A DNA stretch of 64,000 nucleotides, from positions 4,068-68,067 of the forward strand of contig CAIWKO010000045.1 of the NCBI GenBank assembly GCA_903913285.1, given 5' to 3'. Made by a program: the position numbers and the translations under genes. Within the stretch, counting starts at the first letter, position 1. Each line of letters starts with the position of its first letter. Shown piece after piece: positions 29,295 to 39,610 of the stretch. Below the pieces are notes generated by a model. That model worked only from the letters and a program-made list of their open reading frames with translations. It did no database searches and was not told the DNA's origin. Source of the stretch: an uncultured Bacteroidales bacterium (lineage in GTDB: Bacteria; Bacteroidota; Bacteroidia; Bacteroidales; CAIWKO01).

Positions 29295-30620
29295 ATGCTT
29301 AAAGAATTTACTGCATTTATTAAGCAAAATGACCTTATCACCGCTAACGATAAGGTTTTGCTTACGATCAGCGGAGGTATCGATTCTGTTGTAATGGCAG
29401 AGTTGTTCAGTCGGGCAGGATTTGATTTTGCAATTGCACATTGTAATTTTTCTTTGCGCGGAGATGAATCCGATGCCGAAGCATTATTTGTTAAAGATCT
29501 TGCTATAAAAAAATATAAAAAAAATTTCTTTACCAAACGATTCGACACCGCTCTGTATTCAAAACAAAACAAACTTTCGATTCAGGAAGCAGCACGGAAT
29601 CTTCGATATGAATGGTTCGAAGAGATCATGTCAAAACATGGCTTTGATTATATTGCAACTGCACATCATCGCGATGATCAGATCGAAACATTTTTTATTA
29701 ATTTGCTTCGCGGAACAGGTATTTCAGGCTTAACCGGAATCTCTATAAAACAAAATCATATCATTCGGCCATTATTGTTTGCAAAACGAGACGAAATTGT
29801 AGATTTTGCAAACAAAGCAAAAATTCCTTTTCGCACCGATTCATCCAATGCTAGTAACAAATATTTGAGGAATAAGATTCGTCACAAATTGATTCCTTTG
29901 CTCGAAAGTTTAAATCCTCAGTTTTCGGATACAATAACGAACTCCATTTTCAATTTAAAAAACACTGAGACCATCTATCGTAAATACCTCGAACAGATTT
30001 CTCCTGTGGAAAAAACCGAAGCGGGACAAATAGTTATTTCTATAAAAAACCTACTGAAATTAATACCACTACCTCACTTTTTGTTTGAATATATTTCCCA
30101 ATATGGATTCAATATCACCGATTGCTACGATATCTGTAAAAGTTTAAGTGCAATTTCAGGAAAACAATTTTTTTCAAAAACCCATTGTCTGCTAATCGAT
30201 AGGGAGAAAATATTAATCGAGCCGCTGAACCCTACTTATGTCAATGAAGTTTATATCATTGAAGAAGAAACAAAAAGTCTGGAATATCCAATAAAATTAA
30301 AAATTTCAACTATTCACAATAGCAATAATAACTTGAATTCTGGAAAAAACACCGCGATGATTGATTTCGACAAGGTTAAATTTCCGTTAATTCTAAGGAA
30401 ATGGGGAAAAGGTGATTATTTTTGTCCTTTGGGCATGAAAAGCAGAAAAAAACTGAGTGATTTTTTTATCGATAATAAAATTTCTCGGTTTGAAAAATCT
30501 AAGATATGGCTCTTGTGCTCGCAAAAAAAAATAGTTTGGATAGTGGGATATCGCCTCGATGAACGTTTTAAGGTAGAACCAAGAACGAACCTGATTTATA
30601 AAATTGTTTCACTTGAATAG
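29295..30620 (+). CDS. tilS: tRNA(Ile)-lysidine synthetase.
   Basis: It has the PP-loop motif LLTISGGIDSVV and a TilS-like C-terminal domain. The ATG at 29295 is preferred over the TTG at 29286. A TACCTTTG box at 29281-29288 suggests a near-leaderless mRNA. Confidence 0.9.
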   Translation: MLKEFTAFIKQNDLITANDKVLLTISGGIDSVVMAELFSRAGFDFAIAHCNFSLRGDESDAEALFVKDLAIKKYKKNFFTKRFDTALYSKQNKLSIQEAARNLRYEWFEEIMSKHGFDYIATAHHRDDQIETFFINLLRGTGISGLTGISIKQNHIIRPLLFAKRDEIVDFANKAKIPFRTDSSNASNKYLRNKIRHKLIPLLESLNPQFSDTITNSIFNLKNTETIYRKYLEQISPVEKTEAGQIVISIKNLLKLIPLPHFLFEYISQYGFNITDCYDICKSLSAISGKQFFSKTHCLLIDREKILIEPLNPTYVNEVYIIEEETKSLEYPIKLKISTIHNSNNNLNSGKNTAMIDFDKVKFPLILRKWGKGDYFCPLGMKSRKKLSDFFIDNKISRFEKSKIWLLCSQKKIVWIVGYRLDERFKVEPRTNLIYKIVSLE

Positions 30621-30680
30621 AGATTGTTATACTGTTTGAACAAGTTTTTCGTTTTGTTAAATTGAAAAGAAAATATAATT

Positions 30681-32777
30681 ATGAGATCATTAAAAAAAAT
30701 CTGCCTAACCTTATTCCTTTTTGCATGTATTTTTAGTCTTAATGCTCAAATTCTAAAGCCCGTAAAATGGTCGTTCTCTTCCAAAAAAACAGGTGATAAT
30801 GAAGCTGTATTAATATTCACCGCGAAGATCGATAAAGGCTGGCATCTGTATTCTCAATATATTCCTGACAATGGCCCGGTAGCAACCACATTCACTCTTG
30901 ATAAGAACAGCAGCATTCAATTGGTCGGAAAAATAATGGAACCAAAACCTATTGTTCAGAATGACCCCAATTTCAATATGGTTTTAAAGTTTTTTGCAAC
31001 AAAAGCAGTTTTTACGCAAAAAATAAAATTACTGACCGATAAACCTGTTACGGTTACCGGTAGCATCAATTTTATGTGTTGCAACGATGTGAGTTGTTTA
31101 CCCCCGAATGATGTCAATTTCTCAATTAAAGTGGGCGATGGAACAGCATCTGTTGAACCGGTTCAAAAGAAAGATAGTGTAGTGGCTGATACTGCTTCAA
31201 AAAAGCCTTTAGATACCCTAAAAAAAGCTGCTAATGATACAACTACTAAAGAATCCGTTTCATCGTCAACAAAGGATATTAGCAATATGAGTTTATGGCA
31301 ATTATTTTGGTTTGCTTTTATATGGGGCTTATTTGCAATATTCACTCCTTGTGTTTTTCCAATGATTCCTATGACCGTATCCTTTTTCATGTCTGAAGGT
31401 GAAAACAGAGCCAAATCCATTTTCAAATCATTAGTTTTCGGTTTATCAATTATATTAATCTATACTGTTATTGGAACAATAGTAGCCGTGACACTCGGAG
31501 CAAATTTTGCTAATTTTCTTAGCACTCACTGGATTCCTAATGTCTTGTTCTTTTTAATCTTTATGGTTTTTGCTGCCTCATTTTTCGGCATGTTTGATAT
31601 CACAATGCCAAATTGGATGATTAACAAATCCGATAAGCAAGCTGATAAAGGCGGAATTTTGGGATCATTCTTCATGGCATTTACACTGGTTTTGGTTTCG
31701 TTTTCATGTACGGGACCTTTGGTAGGAGCTATTTTAGTTAAAGCAGCAGGTGGGCAGGTACTAGAGCCTATTATTGGGATGTTGGGATTTTCGATTGCTT
31801 TTGCATTGCCATTTGCCTTCTTTGCATTTTTCCCTTCATTGCTCAATCGCCTTCCAAAATCGGGCGGATGGCTCAATTCAGTGAAAGTAGTACTTGGATT
31901 CATAGAGTTGGCATTTGGTTTAAAATTTTTAAGTATAGCTGATCAAACTTATCATTGGAAAATATTAGACCGGGAAGTTTATTTAGCATTATGGATCATA
32001 ATTTTTGCATTAATGGGATTCTATTTATTAGGTAAATTAAAATTTCGCCATGACAGCGATTTAAAACATATTGGCGTTGGACGATTAATGTTGGCAATTA
32101 TCACTTTTGCTTTTGTGGTTTACATGATACCAGGTATGTTTGGTGCTCCGCTTAAAGTCTTATCGGGTTATATTCCTCCGCAGCAATCCCTCGATTTCGA
32201 TATCAATAAAATCGTTCGCGAAAATGCTGGATCAGGAACAGTTGACAACAATAAAGAAATTTGTGAAACTCCCAAATACAGCGATTTTCTGAGTTTGCCT
32301 CACGGATTGAAAGGTTATTTTGATTTTGAACAGGGTATTGCTTGTGCAAAAAGTTTAAACAAACCGGTCTTTATCGATTTCACAGGACACGGTTGCGTTA
32401 ATTGCCGCGAAATGGAAGCCAATGTTTGGTCCGACCCAAAGGTATTGAAAATCCTGAAAGAAGATTATGTAATCATTACACTCTATGTTGATGATAAAAA
32501 GGAACTGGATAAAAAAGACTGGATAACCTCAAAATACGACGGAGAAGTTAAAAAAACCATCGGCAAAAAATTCGCCGATTTTCAGATTTATTTCTTCAAT
32601 ATCAATGCTCAACCCTACTATGTATTGCTCGATCCATTTGTAGAATTAAAAGACAAATCGGTTGTTGAAAAAGCAAAGCTTACGGGAACAAAAGCTCATG
32701 ACTTGAACATTGATAATTTTGTGAACTTTTTGCAGGCAGGCAAAGACGAATTCAAAAAACGTCATCCTGCTCATTGA
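30681..32777 (+). CDS. dsbD: Thiol:disulfide interchange protein DsbD (protein-disulfide reductase).
   Basis: The protein is 698 aa with a signal peptide and an N-terminal DsbD-alpha-like domain. The multi-TM core has paired Cys (FTPCVFPMIP and SFSCTGP), and the C-terminal thioredoxin domain has GHGCVNCREME. Confidence 0.9.
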   Translation: MRSLKKICLTLFLFACIFSLNAQILKPVKWSFSSKKTGDNEAVLIFTAKIDKGWHLYSQYIPDNGPVATTFTLDKNSSIQLVGKIMEPKPIVQNDPNFNMVLKFFATKAVFTQKIKLLTDKPVTVTGSINFMCCNDVSCLPPNDVNFSIKVGDGTASVEPVQKKDSVVADTASKKPLDTLKKAANDTTTKESVSSSTKDISNMSLWQLFWFAFIWGLFAIFTPCVFPMIPMTVSFFMSEGENRAKSIFKSLVFGLSIILIYTVIGTIVAVTLGANFANFLSTHWIPNVLFFLIFMVFAASFFGMFDITMPNWMINKSDKQADKGGILGSFFMAFTLVLVSFSCTGPLVGAILVKAAGGQVLEPIIGMLGFSIAFALPFAFFAFFPSLLNRLPKSGGWLNSVKVVLGFIELAFGLKFLSIADQTYHWKILDREVYLALWIIIFALMGFYLLGKLKFRHDSDLKHIGVGRLMLAIITFAFVVYMIPGMFGAPLKVLSGYIPPQQSLDFDINKIVRENAGSGTVDNNKEICETPKYSDFLSLPHGLKGYFDFEQGIACAKSLNKPVFIDFTGHGCVNCREMEANVWSDPKVLKILKEDYVIITLYVDDKKELDKKDWITSKYDGEVKKTIGKKFADFQIYFFNINAQPYYVLLDPFVELKDKSVVEKAKLTGTKAHDLNIDNFVNFLQAGKDEFKKRHPAH

Positions 32778-32792
32778 TCTTGTTATAACTTA

Positions 32793-33137
32793 TTAAAGTT
32801 CTTTCATTGGGTTCCAGAAAACTTTCTGAAAATCCTGGATCTGATCGTCTTCTACTGTCACCCCTTCGTTTTCCAGCAATTGCTGCATTATGTCGCTTCC
32901 GCCGAAATGGTGTTTCCCGCTTAAACATCCCGATTTATTAACCACCCTATGAGCAGGCACCTGGAATTTTTGAGTATGCGAACTGTTCATTGCCCAACCA
33001 ACCATGCGCGCCGAACCTTTGCTTCCCAGATATTCAGCTATGGCGCCATAAGAAGTAACGCGGCCATACGGTATCAATCGTGCCACTTCAAAAACCCTAT
33101 CGAAGAACGAATCCTCTTTTTTCGGAGTTTTGGTCAC
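32793..33137 (-). CDS. MGMT-family DNA-binding protein lacking the catalytic Cys (alkyltransferase-like, ATL).
   Basis: The protein is 114 aa. It contains IPYGRVTSYGAIAEYLG and VPAHRVVN, where the canonical motif is PCHRV. Confidence 0.75.
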   Translation of the reverse strand: MTKTPKKEDSFFDRVFEVARLIPYGRVTSYGAIAEYLGSKGSARMVGWAMNSSHTQKFQVPAHRVVNKSGCLSGKHHFGGSDIMQQLLENEGVTVEDDQIQDFQKVFWNPMKEL

Positions 33138-33805
33138 TATTGCTTTAATGAGAAGTTTAAATAACAGATCTTTTTGCCTTCTGCCAGAAACATCGATTCG
33201 TAGTGAGTTTGTATCTGAGTCAACTCATTTTCGAGACCCGAATCATACAGGTCGTGAGTATGAAAATGCCGCTTGTGTCCATTCTCGCTGATGACTTCCA
33301 GCGTATAATCAAAAAACGCAGCATTATCGGTTTTCAGATGTATAAGTGCATCGGGGTTCAGTATCTTTTCATATCGCTTCAAAAACCGCTGGCTCGTGAG
33401 TCTTTTATTGGTTCGGGGTTTTTGCGGTTGCGGATCCGGAAAGGTTATCCATATACCACTGATCTCATCTTTTTCGAAAAACTGTTCTATCTGACCGATA
33501 TGGGTTCTTAAAAAACCCGCGTTGGAAATGTTTTCATCCAAAGCAGTTTTGGCGCCTCTCCACATACGTGCTCCTTTAATATCCATGCCGAGATAATTAT
33601 TTTCAGGATGTATTCGGGCCAGACCTACTGTATATTCGCCTTTGCCACAGCCCAATTCAAGTATCAGAGGATGGTCGTTTTTAAAGAATTCCTTGCTCCA
33701 CTTTCCTTTCAGCGGATAATCTTCAGAATAATGATATGGGGGAGGCTGAATGAAATTGCTAAAAGTCGCCGTTTCGGCAAACCGCTGAAGTTTATGTTTC
33801 GCCAC
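33137..33805 (-). CDS. trmB: tRNA (guanine46-N7)-methyltransferase.
   Basis: The protein is 222 aa. It contains the SAM-binding block LILELGCGKGEYTVGLA, plus FPDPQPQK and RLTS. Confidence 0.9.
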   Translation of the reverse strand: MAKHKLQRFAETATFSNFIQPPPYHYSEDYPLKGKWSKEFFKNDHPLILELGCGKGEYTVGLARIHPENNYLGMDIKGARMWRGAKTALDENISNAGFLRTHIGQIEQFFEKDEISGIWITFPDPQPQKPRTNKRLTSQRFLKRYEKILNPDALIHLKTDNAAFFDYTLEVISENGHKRHFHTHDLYDSGLENELTQIQTHYESMFLAEGKKICYLNFSLKQ

Positions 33806-33815
33806 AAATTTAGGA

Positions 33816-34880
33816 TTACATTTTTAACAGCCAGGCATTTGAATTTTCGTTTTGCTGAACGCTTTGCAGCTCTTTTTGTGCAGAGGTTTCCGAATCAAAA
33901 CAATCGATATACACTTTATAAAGCCCGCCGTCTTTAGGTTCTAATATATTGGCACGTGTAAAGCCTTTCTTTATCAATTCGCTTTTATAGTGTTCGGCAA
34001 GACCTTTATCTTTATTACAACTACCAATGATGTAAACGCTACACGACGAAACTTCGGTGGTTTGAGCGGTGTTTTCCTGTTTTGCCGTAGCTTCCGGCGT
34101 GGTAGTATTGCCTACAAAGCAAGGATAAACAATAGATTTGTTTCCGGCATTGGTGCTTTTCAGATCGAAAGGGTTTTGCCAGATAATGTGCGAATTCAGC
34201 CCAGTATGTTCAACCGAAGCCAAAGCGGCGGCATGAGGTTTCGTTGAAAAGATATTGAAGATGGTCGAGTAATTGGTTGAAACATCCTGTATCATGCCCA
34301 CGTTCAAAAAGCCCCAAACAAAAACGGCTGCCGCGGGAACCGAGATGATAGCGATCTTGGCAAAAGTAGTATTATGCTTATGTTCCGAACGGAATACTTT
34401 TTTCTCGCTTAAAACTTTTTCGATGCGTTTTTCTATTCCTTCACGTTGTATAGAAGGCGAAATAAATTCAGAGAGACCATACGAACTCAACAAATAATTC
34501 ACATTTTTATCTGCCTCGAACTGATAATTATTCTGCCCGTCGAGTAAAATAACACCCACTTTTTCGATGCTCAGTTTTTTGTTTTGCTGTAATGCCGACT
34601 TACTTTCTGCCACAAAGGCTGCAATAGTTTTTATGGCCTGTTCATAGGTGATAGCCTCTTTTTGCGAAATATAATTTGCCAGCAAGCCGTCGTTGTGTTT
34701 CAGGCTTGGGTTAAAAACAATTTCTTTCGAAGGAGGCATAAAACTATGCGTTACGGGATGTATCCTTGCCGAAACTGGGTTGGCAATAAAACCTCCGAAG
34801 TCCGGAACGATTACACAATCGTGGCGGAGCAGTAATTCGCTGATATATTGAAGCAGGTGCATAGTTTTTAAAAAGTTCAA
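33816..34880 (-). CDS. HU-like domain plus SPOR domain protein (septal peptidoglycan-binding).
   Basis: The protein is 354 aa. The N-terminus is LLLRHDCVIVPDFGGFIANPVSARIHP, there is a central TM helix, and the C-terminal SPOR-like block is YSVYIIGSCNKDKGLAEHYKSELIKKGF...YKVYIDCFDSETSAQKEL. Confidence 0.75.
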   Translation of the reverse strand: MNFLKTMHLLQYISELLLRHDCVIVPDFGGFIANPVSARIHPVTHSFMPPSKEIVFNPSLKHNDGLLANYISQKEAITYEQAIKTIAAFVAESKSALQQNKKLSIEKVGVILLDGQNNYQFEADKNVNYLLSSYGLSEFISPSIQREGIEKRIEKVLSEKKVFRSEHKHNTTFAKIAIISVPAAAVFVWGFLNVGMIQDVSTNYSTIFNIFSTKPHAAALASVEHTGLNSHIIWQNPFDLKSTNAGNKSIVYPCFVGNTTTPEATAKQENTAQTTEVSSCSVYIIGSCNKDKGLAEHYKSELIKKGFTRANILEPKDGGLYKVYIDCFDSETSAQKELQSVQQNENSNAWLLKM

Positions 34881-34913
34881 CTTTAATGCTGATGCTAAAT
34901 TACAAAAAATTGA

Positions 34914-35669
34914 TCAATCATCAGCAGCAGGATCAAATTTTAACAGATCTTCCCTAACATCCACGCTGTGGCTTTCGAAAGTGGTTTCCGTAACAAATAT
35001 CTCATAACCGTTTTCGAGCCATCGCAATTGTTCGAGCGATTCGACAAGTTCAAGCGCTCCGGCCTTCAGGGCAGTGATCTCTTTCAACGTGCCGGTTCTA
35101 TAAGCATAAATCCCGATGTGCTTGTAATACGTATGAAATTGCAACCAGGTTTCACTATTTTTATCCCGCATGAATGGTATGGCTGTTCGCGAAAAATAAA
35201 TGGCTCTGTCAGAACGATCTTTGATAACTTTTATAATATTGGGGCTGAATAATTCTTTAGTGTCGCAGAGTTTTTTTATCAGTGTGGCGATACTAACGCC
35301 GGGCTTTTCAAATTCGGCAGCCAGCAGGTCTATTTGTTCGGGTTGAATGTATGGCTCGTCGCCCTGTATGTTGATGGCCACATCAAAATGATTACCTTCT
35401 GCTTCAAGCTTTGTTATTATTTCGTTGCAACGGTCGGTGCCGGTGCGGTGCAGTGTTGATGTCATCAGGGCTTTGCCGCCGAAGGCGATAACATGTTCCC
35501 GAATTCTTTCATCGTCGGTAGCTACAACAACTTCTGTAAGCAGTTTTGCTTTTTTAGCCTGTTCGTAAACGCGTTGTATCATCGTTTTCCCGTTGATCTC
35601 CACCAGCGGTTTCCCCGGAAATCGCGAGGAAGCATAACGGGCAGGAATAATGCCGATGATCTTCATCAT
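34914..35669 (-). CDS. kdsB: 3-deoxy-manno-octulosonate cytidylyltransferase (CMP-Kdo synthetase).
   Basis: The protein is 251 aa and contains GIIPARYASSRFPGKPL, VVVATDDERI and NIQGDEP. Confidence 0.95.
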   Translation of the reverse strand: MMKIIGIIPARYASSRFPGKPLVEINGKTMIQRVYEQAKKAKLLTEVVVATDDERIREHVIAFGGKALMTSTLHRTGTDRCNEIITKLEAEGNHFDVAINIQGDEPYIQPEQIDLLAAEFEKPGVSIATLIKKLCDTKELFSPNIIKVIKDRSDRAIYFSRTAIPFMRDKNSETWLQFHTYYKHIGIYAYRTGTLKEITALKAGALELVESLEQLRWLENGYEIFVTETTFESHSVDVREDLLKFDPAADD

Positions 35670-35672
35670 ATT

Positions 35673-36290
35673 CTATTTAAACAATCCGAAAAGTTCGCCG
35701 TTTATCAGGTCTATGATCTTTTCCAGATCGGCCTGATTGTTGGCAAAATCTTTATCATCCACATCCACTATCAGCAGTTTGCCCGTGTCGTATGACGAAA
35801 TCCAGGCTTCGTAGCGTTCGTTCAATCGGGTGAGATAATCGATGCGTATCGAGTTTTCGTAGTCGCGTCCGCGTTTCTGAATCTGACGCACCAGTGTGGG
35901 CACTTCAGCTCTCAGGTATACCAATAAGTCGGGAGGTTTTATGAACGAAACCATCAGATCGAACAACGATTTGTAATTATCAAAATCGCGCGTGGTCATC
36001 AAACCCATGGAGTGAAGGTTGGGAGCAAATATCTGTGCATCTTCATATATGGTTCGGTCCTGAACTATCGTTTTCCCGCTTTCGCGTATCCTGATGATCT
36101 GCCGAAAACGGCTGTTCAGAAAATAGATCTGCAGGTTGAACGACCAGCGTTGCATATCTTCATAAAAACTATTCAGATACGGATTGCTTTCAACATCTTC
36201 GTAATGCGCTTCCCACTTAAATTGTTTGGCCAACAAGCCTGTCAGGGTGGTTTTTCCCGAGCCGATATTTCCTGCTATTGCTATGTGCAT
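35673..36290 (-). CDS. Deoxynucleoside kinase.
   Basis: The protein is 205 aa. It contains the P-loop IAIAGNIGSGKTTL, NPYLNSFYEDMQRWSFNLQIYFLNSRF and the DRTIYED motif. Confidence 0.9.
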   Translation of the reverse strand: MHIAIAGNIGSGKTTLTGLLAKQFKWEAHYEDVESNPYLNSFYEDMQRWSFNLQIYFLNSRFRQIIRIRESGKTIVQDRTIYEDAQIFAPNLHSMGLMTTRDFDNYKSLFDLMVSFIKPPDLLVYLRAEVPTLVRQIQKRGRDYENSIRIDYLTRLNERYEAWISSYDTGKLLIVDVDDKDFANNQADLEKIIDLINGELFGLFK

Positions 36291-36415
36291 AAAAAAACGT
36301 TTTACTTTTCTACAAAAATAGAATTTTTTAATGAAGGACAGCCTTATGGATTTCTATATATTTTCCGAAATAAAAGTACATTTTTTTTCAGAAAGACCGA
36401 AACTTATTCTGAAAT

Positions 36416-37534
36416 TTATTTACAAAACTGCGTGTAATTGCTCTCGGCTATTTTGCTGCCCAGCTCCATACCTTTTTTCCAGTCGGCGCAGGCTCCCGGT
36501 ATATCGTCAGTATTGTATTTGCCCAATCCTCGGTTGGTATATGCTTTCGCATAATCGGGGTTTATTTCTATTGCTTTGCTGTAATCATTTATCGCTTCCT
36601 GATATTTCTGCTGCTTGTCTTTACACAGTCCGCGGTTCAAATAGGTTTCGTAATCTTTCGGGTTCTTTTCCAAAACAAAGCTGTAGTCGGTTATGGCATC
36701 ATCAAATTTTTTCATTTCGTAGCGCGTCAGTCCGCGGTTATAATAAGCGTCCAGATAGTCGGCACGCAGAGTGATAGCTTTGGTATAGTCGGCTTCGGCG
36801 CCCGTAAAATCTTTCATGTTGAACTCCGTGTAGCCTTTGTTGTAATAAACATTGGCATAATCGGGTTTCATTTCAATAGCCTTATTATAATTGGCCAAAG
36901 CTTCAGGAAATTTTTTCAGGTTCGAATAGGTGAGCCCGCGGTTCACATAGGCCTGATAATCTTTGGGCGACAATTCTGTTACACGGGTGAAATCGGCAAC
37001 TGCCAGCATAAAATCGGAAGTTTTCCGATAGGCCAAACCACGGTTGTAGTATGCATCGGCATAGTTTTCGTTGATGCCAATGGCTTTCGTGTAGTCATCA
37101 ATGGCGCCTTTATCGTCTTTTAGCTGATATTTCGAATAGCCACGGGTAAAATAAGCATGATAATTTTTTTCCGAAAGCATGATAGCCGTGTCACAATCGT
37201 TCGCGGCTTCCTTGTTCTTGTTCAGATTGCTGTAGGTTATGGCACGGTTGGTATAAAACTCGGTGTTGGTGTGGTTATATCTGATAGCCAAATTTAAATT
37301 GGTGACGGCTTCGGTAAAGTTGTTGATAGAGTTCAACGATAAAGCTTTGTAGTAGTATGCTTCGGGATAATCGGCTTTTTGTGCCACGGCTTTGTTGAAA
37401 TCGAGTATGGCATCGACAAAAAAACCGTTTTTATATTTTTGCACTCCCGAATTGAAATAGCTTGCAGCATCCTGCGCGGAAACAAAAAGAGCATTTAGCG
37501 ATATTAGTATGATGAGGCAAAGATGTTTTTTCAT
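36416..37534 (-). CDS. Secreted tetratricopeptide-repeat protein.
   Basis: The protein is 372 aa with a signal peptide. It has about nine consecutive 34-aa TPR units (A.YYNRGL....L..F..A..DY.KAIE..P.Y..AY). Confidence 0.85.
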   Translation of the reverse strand: MKKHLCLIILISLNALFVSAQDAASYFNSGVQKYKNGFFVDAILDFNKAVAQKADYPEAYYYKALSLNSINNFTEAVTNLNLAIRYNHTNTEFYTNRAITYSNLNKNKEAANDCDTAIMLSEKNYHAYFTRGYSKYQLKDDKGAIDDYTKAIGINENYADAYYNRGLAYRKTSDFMLAVADFTRVTELSPKDYQAYVNRGLTYSNLKKFPEALANYNKAIEMKPDYANVYYNKGYTEFNMKDFTGAEADYTKAITLRADYLDAYYNRGLTRYEMKKFDDAITDYSFVLEKNPKDYETYLNRGLCKDKQQKYQEAINDYSKAIEINPDYAKAYTNRGLGKYNTDDIPGACADWKKGMELGSKIAESNYTQFCK

Positions 37535-37904
37535 GGAGATGTTTTTTGCAAAGATAACTTTTTTTAACTTGCTCCTTGTCCCTCATTTGGGTATGTCCGT
37601 CCATTAGCGAAGAAGTGCGCTATCTATATCTCTCTAAATAAATTCTAAAAGAGTTCTTGAATTCTGATTATACATTGATTATTTTTTAAGTCGGTTTTAT
37701 ATTTACAATAACGAACAAATTAAACTACCTGAGCTTAACCATCTGTACTGGATTATTATCCGACTGAACAACCGAAAAATTATTGTAAATAAAACCTACT
37801 AAAATTACCTTACGACAAGGTTGTTTTAGTAATAAAAACTTGTAATTGGTAACCGTTGTTCCATAGCGAAAATCTTAACATCAGGCTTCAGCCCAATCGA
37901 TGCA

Positions 37905-38741
37905 TCATTTTACTCTGATCTTCTGCCCGATTCTCAGCAGCGAAGTTTTCGTAATACCGTTCAGCGCGCACAACTTGTCCACCGTGGTTCCAAATTTACG
38001 CGAAATGGCATACAGCGAATCCCCCTTCTTAATGATGTATGTGGTGCCACCGGCAGCCGTAGTGGTGGCATTGCCAGTCGTGCCTGCAGTAGCGCTCTTG
38101 CTTTTCGAATTTTGCTGGATGATCTTCAGTGCCGAATCAAGTTTGGCAATATTATTTGGGCTCACAGGTATTCTTTTCAATTGATCCAGTTCCATGCGTT
38201 TGCTGAAAAGATAGCGTGCCGTATAATACGCGTAACCGTTATATTTGTCTATCCGGATGCCTGTTGAAGAAGAATGCAGGAAATAAATGGTGTCGTGCGA
38301 CGCCTTGTAAAAAATGGCGGTATGTCCCACACTGTGGCTTTTTGAGTTTCTGCCTTTAAAAAACATCAGGTCGCCTTTTTTCAGGCTGTCCATCGGAACT
38401 TTTTTACCCAATAAGGCTTGGGCCGGTGCGGCCCGCGGCAGATCATATCCGAAAAGCGAATACAGATAAGCTGCAAACCCCGAACAGTCCAACGGCCACG
38501 AATTATATACGCGGCTTCTGTAAGGACGGCCGATAAATTTTTTGCCTATCGCTATAATACTATCCATGATCGAATCTCGCGAAAACCCCGGATCTTTCTT
38601 CCCCGGTTTGAAAACCACATCGTGATTCACAGAAGTAGCGCTATAACTCACCGAAACCGCGCCCCCGTTCTGTTCGTGCAACGAAACGAACAAAAGGACG
38701 AAGACAGTACAGGCTATGATAATTTTTTTTGCCACTAACAT
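37905..38741 (-). CDS. NlpC/P60 (C40) peptidoglycan endopeptidase with a C-terminal LysM domain.
   Basis: The protein is 278 aa. The catalytic Cys context is LDCSGFAAYLY, with H in GHTAIF. The LysM block is YIIKKGDSLYAISRKFGTTVDKLCALNGI. Confidence 0.85.
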   Translation of the reverse strand: MLVAKKIIIACTVFVLLFVSLHEQNGGAVSVSYSATSVNHDVVFKPGKKDPGFSRDSIMDSIIAIGKKFIGRPYRSRVYNSWPLDCSGFAAYLYSLFGYDLPRAAPAQALLGKKVPMDSLKKGDLMFFKGRNSKSHSVGHTAIFYKASHDTIYFLHSSSTGIRIDKYNGYAYYTARYLFSKRMELDQLKRIPVSPNNIAKLDSALKIIQQNSKSKSATAGTTGNATTTAAGGTTYIIKKGDSLYAISRKFGTTVDKLCALNGITKTSLLRIGQKIRVK

Positions 38742-39610
38742 AAATTATTTTTAGGCTTTTTTATAAAGACTTGCTCAGGATCTCACAGATCAATTATTAT
38801 TTACAAGTCTGATTCCTATTAAATTGCAAAATTATTTGCACAAATCAATAAGCAAATATAACACTAATTTTTAAATAAACAACAATCGGCCTGCATATAA
38901 ACCCATAAAGTGATGATGAACGAAGAAGCATATTTGGCATTAAACAACGTAGCCCGCATAAAAAAGAAAACCTGCAGACAGGTACAGGTTTTCCAAAAAA
39001 AACTAAACGATTATTAATCATTAAACCATGCGTCGCGACGGTCAAAATCCCACCGTCAATTATAAAACGTTTTGCGCTAAAACTTATTGTATTCTTTTCT
39101 TGTTTTTTTATTTCCATTACCCACCCTGTTTTCCAATATCTCATTAATATCCCCCTCGAAATTAAAACCCCAACCAAATTTATTAACAAAAAAAATAGCT
39201 TATTGACTATCAGACCTCCTTCTAGCTTATCATACCTGAGCCAATCTGTTATTGAAGGCTCTTCATTTTTTACTGATTCTTCTTTTTCTTTCACTGTACC
39301 TAATTTTTCCTTCACTGTACATGTTTTTTACAACAATGAACCTAATTTTTACGACTGTGAACATGTTTTACGGATTATAACTAAGGTAATAATCATTGAA
39401 AGAGCACGTTGCCACGCTCGCGTTTTTAATGCATGCTTTTTCCCCGTTCGACTATAACACCAGATTGAGGGCTGAAGTGAATTAAATTAGGGGAAAAAGG
39501 AGTTGTAAAACCTAAAGCGTAAAAATATAAAAGCTGAAAGAACAACCTGGGAAAGTGAGTATTATAAATCAAATTTTGCAAATGATAGCTTTGCCGCAAA
39601 GCTATGGTTC

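Noticed and set aside
36331-36774. 147-aa plus-strand ORF (also 36012-36437).
   Set aside because: It is antisense to the TPR protein and deoxynucleoside kinase genes, both of which have clear motifs.
38845-39315. 156-aa minus-strand ORF with a GTG start.
   Set aside because: Only the first 100 or so residues look protein-like. A strong terminator hairpin lies inside the ORF, the tail is Cys/Phe/Leu-rich noise, and I recognise no family. It is discussed as a finding, not annotated as a gene.
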